Source of the DNA: Patescibacteria group bacterium | GTDB lineage: Bacteria > Patescibacteriota > Patescibacteriia > UBA1558 > GWA2-36-10 | Assembly (NCBI GenBank): GCA_041665545.1 | Contig: JBAYIQ010000004.1 | Location: forward strand, 18,132 to 82,131 | DNA length: 64,000 bases | Reading direction: 5' to 3' | Shown here: piece by piece, positions 58,362 to 64,000 of the stretch | Numbering within the stretch: the stretch's first letter is position 1 | How the letters are laid out: each line of letters begins with the position of its first letter | Made by a program: the position numbers and the translations under genes | The notes under the pieces: generated by a model | What the model saw: the letters and a program-made list of their open reading frames with translations, nothing else | What the model was told of the DNA's origin: nothing | Database searches by the model: none

Positions 58362-60326
58362 ATGGACTTCAAATTGGTTTCACAATTTAAGCCAGCCGGC
58401 CACCAAGCTCCAGCTATCAAAAAGTTGATGCAAGGACTAAAAGCTGGCTATCAGGATCAAACATTGCTGGGAGTCACGGGCTCAGGCAAGACTTTTACTA
58501 TTGCCAATGTGGTAGCGCAAATCAACAAGCCGACTTTAGTAATTTCTCACAACAAGACTTTGGCCGCCCAGCTGGCTTCTGAGTTTCAGGATTTTTTTCC
58601 GGAGAACGCCGTTCATTATTTTGTTTCCTATTATGATTATTATCAACCCGAGGCCTACATACCATCTTCAGATACATATATAGAGAAAGAAACGCAAATC
58701 AATGAAGAAATTGATCGTCTGCGTCATGTCAGTACCCAGAGTTTGTTGACTAGACGCGATGTTTTGATTGTGGCTTCGGTTTCTTGTATTTATAATTTAG
58801 GCAATCCAGCCGAGTATCAGAATTTTAGGATAAATTTGAAAGTCGGTGAGAGCTACAATAGATTTAAGTTGCTCAAGAATTTGAATAATTTACAATATCA
58901 CCGCAATGATTTAGTTTTGACGCGTTCCAATTATACAGTCAAAGGTGAGATCATTGATATTTTTGCTTCCGGTCAAGAAAAAGAATTCTATCGACTAACT
59001 TTTTTTGCTGATGTCTTAGAAAGCATAGAAACAATCAATTTGTTGGGTCACAAAGTAATAGACAAGCCCCAAGAAATATTTATTTTTCCAGCCAAGCATT
59101 TTATGGTCAGTCCGGAAAATATAAAAGACATTGTAGCGGAGATAAGATATGATTTAGATTTGGAATTAGCCGAATTTCAAAAGCAGGGCAAAATTTTGGA
59201 AGCCGAAAGATTGAAAACCAGAGTCAACAATGATTTGGAAATGATTTTGGAAACTGGTTTTTGCAATGGCATTGAAAACTACTCTCGTTATTTTGATGGT
59301 CGGCAAAAAAATGATTCACCCAATAGTTTGATGGATTATTTTCCCGATGATTTTCTATTGATTGTTGATGAATCGCATATGACCTTGCCCCAAATTGGTG
59401 GCATGTATTTGGGAGATAGAGCCCGCAAGAAAAATTTGATTGACTTTGGCTTTCGTCTGCAAGCGGCTTATGACAATCGTCCTTTGAATTTTGAAGAATT
59501 TAATCAACAGTACAAGCAAGCCATATATATTTCCGCTACACCAGCCGAGTATGAATTAAATAAATCGCAAAGTATTGCCGAGCAATTAGTGCGACCGACT
59601 TTTATTTTGGATCCGACTATCGAAATTCGTCCCAGCAAAGATCAGCTGGATGATTTGATTAAAGAAATTAAAACCAGAGTGGCCAAAAAAGAAAGAGTTT
59701 TAGTAGCCACTATCACCAAGAGATTGTCAGAAGATTTGACTGAGATATTGTTGGAAAAAAACATTAAAGTTCAGTATTTGCATTCCGAGGTAAAGACCCT
59801 AGACCGCATTCAGATTTTACATGATTTACGCAGTGGCAAATATGATGTTTTGGTGGGTGTCAATTTATTGCGCGAGGGCTTGGATTTGCCTGAGGTTTCA
59901 CTGGTGGCTATTTTGGATGCGGATAAAGAGGGCTTTTTACGCTCGCGGATGTCATTGATACAGGTAATGGGTCGCGCCGCTAGACACAAAGATGGGCGAG
60001 TGATTATGTATGCTGATAACATTACTGGCTCCATGCAAGCAGCTATTGATGAGACTAATCGCCGAAGAAAAGTGCAGGAGCAATACAATAAAGATAATAA
60101 AGTAGAGCCACAGTCTATCTCCAAGTTGCTTAAGGAAGTTGGCTTGAAAGAACTAGATACCAAAACCAGTTTTGCGGAAAGCATCAAACTGATGTCCAAA
60201 CAGGAAAAACAAGCTCTGTTAGAAACTTTGCGTCAGGAAATGGAGTTGTCAGCCGACAATTGGGACTTTGAAAAAGCTATAATTTTGAGAGACCAGATAG
60301 ACATACTGGCCAATAATAAAAAATAA
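58362..60326 (+). CDS. uvrB: Excinuclease ABC subunit B
   Basis: GVTGSGKT, YYDYYQPEAY, DESH, NLLREGLD, C-terminal UVR domain. Confidence 0.98.
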   Translation: MDFKLVSQFKPAGHQAPAIKKLMQGLKAGYQDQTLLGVTGSGKTFTIANVVAQINKPTLVISHNKTLAAQLASEFQDFFPENAVHYFVSYYDYYQPEAYIPSSDTYIEKETQINEEIDRLRHVSTQSLLTRRDVLIVASVSCIYNLGNPAEYQNFRINLKVGESYNRFKLLKNLNNLQYHRNDLVLTRSNYTVKGEIIDIFASGQEKEFYRLTFFADVLESIETINLLGHKVIDKPQEIFIFPAKHFMVSPENIKDIVAEIRYDLDLELAEFQKQGKILEAERLKTRVNNDLEMILETGFCNGIENYSRYFDGRQKNDSPNSLMDYFPDDFLLIVDESHMTLPQIGGMYLGDRARKKNLIDFGFRLQAAYDNRPLNFEEFNQQYKQAIYISATPAEYELNKSQSIAEQLVRPTFILDPTIEIRPSKDQLDDLIKEIKTRVAKKERVLVATITKRLSEDLTEILLEKNIKVQYLHSEVKTLDRIQILHDLRSGKYDVLVGVNLLREGLDLPEVSLVAILDADKEGFLRSRMSLIQVMGRAARHKDGRVIMYADNITGSMQAAIDETNRRRKVQEQYNKDNKVEPQSISKLLKEVGLKELDTKTSFAESIKLMSKQEKQALLETLRQEMELSADNWDFEKAIILRDQIDILANNKK

Positions 60327-61084
60327 TGTTAGCCCAAAAGACCAACCAGAAAAAAATTGAGGCAATATTGACTGACGAAAAGGCCGGCCTATATTTAGTC
60401 GATAAACCAAAAAGTTTGCAATCTTTTAGTATTGTGTCTAAAGTCAGAAAAATATTAAATACCAGTCAGGTGGGATTTTCTGGCACCTTAGATCCCTTGG
60501 CTTCTGGCTTGATGATAGTGGCTAGCGGACAAGCTACTAAGCTGTTGGATTTGTTCCACATTTTACCCAAAGAATACGAGGCCGATATTATTTTTGGTAA
60601 AAGTAGTCCTTCTTTTGATTTGGAGCTGGCTACTACCACAAATGAATCAGCCGAAAAATTCAATCAGGCACAACTCAAAGAATCAATAACAAAATTTACA
60701 GGTGAACAATGGCAACAAGTGCCAATATACTCGGCCATAAAAGTAGCTGGCCAAAAATTGCACGAGTCAGCACGACGTGGTAAAAAAGTCGTGGCGCCAA
60801 AAAAGAAAATAAATATTTACAAGATTGATATTTTACAGTTTGATTATCCCAAGGCCAAAATTTTAGTAACTTGTTCAGCTGGCACTTATATCAGAAGTTT
60901 GGTCAATGATTTGGGTCAGGATTTAAAAACCGGAGCGGTTTTGAGTGATCTGCGGCGTACAGCCATCGGCGATTTATCAATAAAAAAAGCCGCCAAATTT
61001 GACGACTTGGATAAAGATAAGCTACTCGGTAGTAGAGTGCCCGAAGAAAAGATTAGAGACTATCTAAGTGAATATTTTGTTTAG
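60326..61084 (+). CDS. truB: tRNA pseudouridine(55) synthase
   Basis: VDKP, GTLDPLASG, P.YSAIKV, CSAGTYIRSL. Confidence 0.93.
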   Translation: MLAQKTNQKKIEAILTDEKAGLYLVDKPKSLQSFSIVSKVRKILNTSQVGFSGTLDPLASGLMIVASGQATKLLDLFHILPKEYEADIIFGKSSPSFDLELATTTNESAEKFNQAQLKESITKFTGEQWQQVPIYSAIKVAGQKLHESARRGKKVVAPKKKINIYKIDILQFDYPKAKILVTCSAGTYIRSLVNDLGQDLKTGAVLSDLRRTAIGDLSIKKAAKFDDLDKDKLLGSRVPEEKIRDYLSEYFV

Positions 61085-61295
61085 TGACATCGTGGATATG
61101 CTGTTGAATTTGGTGGTGTTCGAAGTGGGGCTTTATGGTGCGAGCAAAATCATGAAGTGACATAGTAACCTTGCCTATGTGATCATTGCCAATTTTGGCT
61201 CTCAAATTGTGTATGGCACTAACGCCATCATCTGAATTATAAAGCATTTTTACGACTTTTTCTTGTTGATCTGGGCTTATTTCTTGGGTCGACAT
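61053..61295 (-). CDS. Small His-rich hypothetical protein
   Basis: ORF track with start moved to ATG 61295; overlaps the truB 3' end. Confidence 0.5.
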   Translation of the reverse strand: MSTQEISPDQQEKVVKMLYNSDDGVSAIHNLRAKIGNDHIGKVTMSLHDFARTIKPHFEHHQIQQHIHDVTKQNIHLDSL

Positions 61296-61478
61296 AGTAT
61301 TTTGGCCCGTAAAATCCCGCAATGGATTTTTTCGGGCAAATTAATGATTAAATATTTAGATAATTGTTTATTTTTGTAAAATCTTATTTTCAGGCGGGTA
61401 TTACTGGGCTTGACTAAATTAATTAATTATGTTAATCTCTGGAGAGTCTTATTAATATTATAAGTTAAAAATCGAATT

Positions 61479-61751
61479 ATGCCAAATAAACAAGCTTCTA
61501 TCAAACACCTCAGACAGACTGTGAAACGCACCAAGAGCAATAACTTGGTTAAGCGTAATATTAAACAATTGATAAAATCTGGCCACAAAGCAATTATTGA
61601 GGGCTCAATCAAGGATCAGCATCAAGAAATGGCCAAAAAGCTCCAGAAAGCCGTTGATAAGGCCGTTAAAGCTGGTATTATTAAGAAAAATACCGGCAAT
61701 AGAAAGAAGGCCAGATTTATGAATAGTTTAAATAAAACGGTGGTTAAATAA
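61479..61751 (+). CDS. rpsT: 30S ribosomal protein S20
   Basis: MPNKQASIKHLRQ, VDKAVKAGIIKKNTGNRKK. Confidence 0.93.
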   Translation: MPNKQASIKHLRQTVKRTKSNNLVKRNIKQLIKSGHKAIIEGSIKDQHQEMAKKLQKAVDKAVKAGIIKKNTGNRKKARFMNSLNKTVVK

Positions 61752-61766
61752 TAAATTTTTCTAAAT

Positions 61767-61800
61767 AAAAATACCCCTTGAATAGTAGGGGGTATTTTTT
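61767..61800. terminator. Bidirectional terminator between rpsT and holA
   Basis: AAAAATACCCC...GGGGGTATTTTTT. Confidence 0.7.
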
Positions 61801-62750
61801 TATAAATTATTAATCAACTTAGTAAATAGTAGAGAATCGTTGACAGCTGATGATTTTAGTTGCTGATCAAGCTCTAATAATTCCGAATAGATTTTTTTTA
61901 GTTTATCCATGGTATAGAGCTGACTTTGCCGAAAGGCCTTGTCAGCTAGCCAAGGTGGTAATTTCAAGGCCTGGGCTATGGCGCCTGGGTAGCTGGCTTG
62001 TTTGGACAGAGCCTTGACTTTTATAAGCAGTCGATATTGCCTGACCACCATGCTCAAAAGATATTGAGCATTTGTGCCACTGTTAAATTTTTCATCCAAA
62101 AGTTTCAAAGCCAAAGCTTTGTTTTGTTGGCCCAAGGCCTCGACTAAATTAAATATATTATCATCGATTTTGGATACCACAATATTTTTAATATCTTCCA
62201 CGGTAATCTTTTCTTCAGCTAGATGCACCAACTTATCTAGTTCTTGGCTTAATGACCACATATCATTGCCAACATAAGCAATAAGCACATTGGCCGTTTC
62301 ATTATCAAGAGTTCTTTTTTTTAGTTGAGCTTGTTTTTTTAGCCAAGTGATTAGTTCGGCACTGGAAAAATTTTTGAACTCTTCTACAAAGCGAAATTTT
62401 TTTAAAGCTTTGTAGAGCTTAGTGCGTACATCGGGCTTGTCAGTCTGCCAAAAAATAATATAATTTTCATCAGCCGTATCTTTTTGTTGGCTCAAAAAAT
62501 TAAGCAAAGAATCTTGCCAAGCGCTGAGCTTTTTGTTATTAAAAATATTTTTGACAATGATTAGTTTTTTGCTAGCTAAAAATCCATTAGCCGAAGCGGC
62601 TTCAAAAAAATTAGCGGCGCTTATTTCTTCGCCGTCCATATTCAAAATATTGTGACCTTGGGGGTCAACATCTGTTTGGAATTTTTTTTTGATGGCTCGG
62701 ATTTTTTGTCGAGCCAGCCAAGAATTTTCGCCGTAGTAGAAAAAAATCAT
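61800..62750 (-). CDS. holA: DNA polymerase III delta subunit
   Basis: MIFFYYGEN, LSQELDKL, NIFNLVEA, ELDQQLKS. Confidence 0.88.
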   Translation of the reverse strand: MIFFYYGENSWLARQKIRAIKKKFQTDVDPQGHNILNMDGEEISAANFFEAASANGFLASKKLIIVKNIFNNKKLSAWQDSLLNFLSQQKDTADENYIIFWQTDKPDVRTKLYKALKKFRFVEEFKNFSSAELITWLKKQAQLKKRTLDNETANVLIAYVGNDMWSLSQELDKLVHLAEEKITVEDIKNIVVSKIDDNIFNLVEALGQQNKALALKLLDEKFNSGTNAQYLLSMVVRQYRLLIKVKALSKQASYPGAIAQALKLPPWLADKAFRQSQLYTMDKLKKIYSELLELDQQLKSSAVNDSLLFTKLINNL

Positions 62751-62751
62751 A

Positions 62752-64000
62752 CTATTTAATTTTTTCTAAATTACCCCAATTATCTCCAGTTTCTATATCA
62801 ACTACCAGTGGCACAGTCAAAGTATAAATATTTTCCATGCTGGTTTTGACAAAATTAGCCACTTTTTTTACGTCATTTTTTGGCACTTCCAAGACCAACT
62901 CATCATGAACTTGGAGTATTAGTCTACTTTGGGCACTAATTTTTGGCAAGCCAGCTTGGATGGCAATCATGGCCATTTTCATTAGATCGGCTGCTGTGCC
63001 TTGCAAAGGCATATTGATAGCCATGCGTTCGGCCGCTGATCGCAACATAGGCATAGAAGAGTGAATGTCTGGCAGGTAGCGACGTCGACCAAAGATGGTT
63101 TGAGCATAACCTTGCTGGTAGGCAATTTTTTTGCTGTCGTCAATGTAATCTTTAATTTTTTTGTAAATTGTAAAATATTTTTCTATAAATTCTTTGGCCT
63201 CAGTGCGACTCAAGCCCGTGCGCTGAGCCAGACCCAAAGAGCCCAAACCATAAAGAACACCAAAATTAACTTCTTTGGCTGTGCGGCGAATATCTTTGGT
63301 CACCGCAGTCAGTGGGATTTTGTGAATTTCAGCGGCAGTGCGAGCATGGATGTCTTCATTGTTTTGGAAACTGGCTAGCATTATCGGATCCTTGGACAAA
63401 GCAGCCGCCAAGCGCAGTTCTATTTGTGAATAATCAGCTGATAACAAAATAAAATTTTTGGGGGCCACAAAAGCTTTGCGAATTTCGCGTCCTAATTCGG
63501 TGCGAATAGGAATGTTTTGCAGATTAGGGTCAGAAGAAGATAAACGGCCAGTGGCTGTAATAGTCTGATTGAAGCTGGTATGCACGCGGTGAGTTTTTTG
63601 GTCAGCAATAGCTGGCAGGGCAATGATGTAGGTAGACTGGAGTTTAGTTAATTCACGGTATTCAATTATAAGTGGGATAATAGGGTGAGCGTCAAACATT
63701 TTATCCAATTCTTGGGCGGCAGTTGATAGGCCGGTTTTATTTTTTTTGATACCAACTATACTGATTTTCAAGTCCTCAAAAAGTATGGCTTTTAGTTGCA
63801 GGGGAGAAGAGATGTTAAACTCTTTACCGGCCAGATCATATATTTTTTGGCTGATTTTTTTTATTTCCGACTCAAATTTGACAGCCATTTTTTGTAAGAA
63901 AGGCACATCCAGTAAAATGCCATGTATTTCCATGTCAGCTAAGACTGGGATTAGAGGAATATCAATATTTTCTAGTAAATCAAAGTTTTTGTTGGTTTTG
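62752..64000 (-). CDS. polA: DNA polymerase I, C-terminal part (5' end outside the window)
   Basis: TGRLSSSDPNLQNIP, ADYSQIELR, NFGVLYG, LQVHDELV. Confidence 0.97.
   Translation of the reverse strand, partial: KTNKNFDLLENIDIPLIPVLADMEIHGILLDVPFLQKMAVKFESEIKKISQKIYDLAGKEFNISSPLQLKAILFEDLKISIVGIKKNKTGLSTAAQELDKMFDAHPIIPLIIEYRELTKLQSTYIIALPAIADQKTHRVHTSFNQTITATGRLSSSDPNLQNIPIRTELGREIRKAFVAPKNFILLSADYSQIELRLAAALSKDPIMLASFQNNEDIHARTAAEIHKIPLTAVTKDIRRTAKEVNFGVLYGLGSLGLAQRTGLSRTEAKEFIEKYFTIYKKIKDYIDDSKKIAYQQGYAQTIFGRRRYLPDIHSSMPMLRSAAERMAINMPLQGTAADLMKMAMIAIQAGLPKISAQSRLILQVHDELVLEVPKNDVKKVANFVKTSMENIYTLTVPLVVDIETGDNWGNLEKIK

Noticed and set aside
1-64000. Alternative genetic code (UGA=Gly, as in Gracilibacteria)
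   Set aside because: Long core genes translate intact under code 11, and TGA ends several genes at sensible positions.

Overview
AT-rich bacterial chromosome segment with the hallmarks of a Patescibacteria (CPR/Parcubacteria-like) genome: compact SD-poor core genes, a TrbC/VirB2-type pilin cluster, a lamin-tail/PKD surface protein and many short palindromic elements. It spans the replication origin (yidC-yidD-rnpA-rpmH | dnaA-dnaN) and carries rpoBC, ftsK, recA, ssb, ruvA, ruvC, uvrB, polA (partial), holA, tyrS, murE, a class A PBP, a trxA-trxB-gdhA operon, an alpha-glucan cluster (2x glgA, GH57, APH-fold kinase, NUDIX, GalT-like) and tRNA-Arg(CCT). The most striking unexplained structure is six dispersed single-gene GC-rich cassettes. 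Five sit behind an AT-rich near-consensus sigma70 promoter (three share the tail ATAGTGTT after the -10), and all six have a Shine-Dalgarno site and a downstream hairpin, with no integrase or transposase in the window. Other signals are a 104-bp duplication of the tyrS 3' end that gives two orphan genes the same start (MEK), a hairpin+AAGAAAAGCG motif repeated around ssb, MITE-like elements that supply start and stop codons, two candidate small RNAs and a tRNA bracketed by a perfect 10-bp inverted repeat. All calls come from reading the sequence only; no searches were run.
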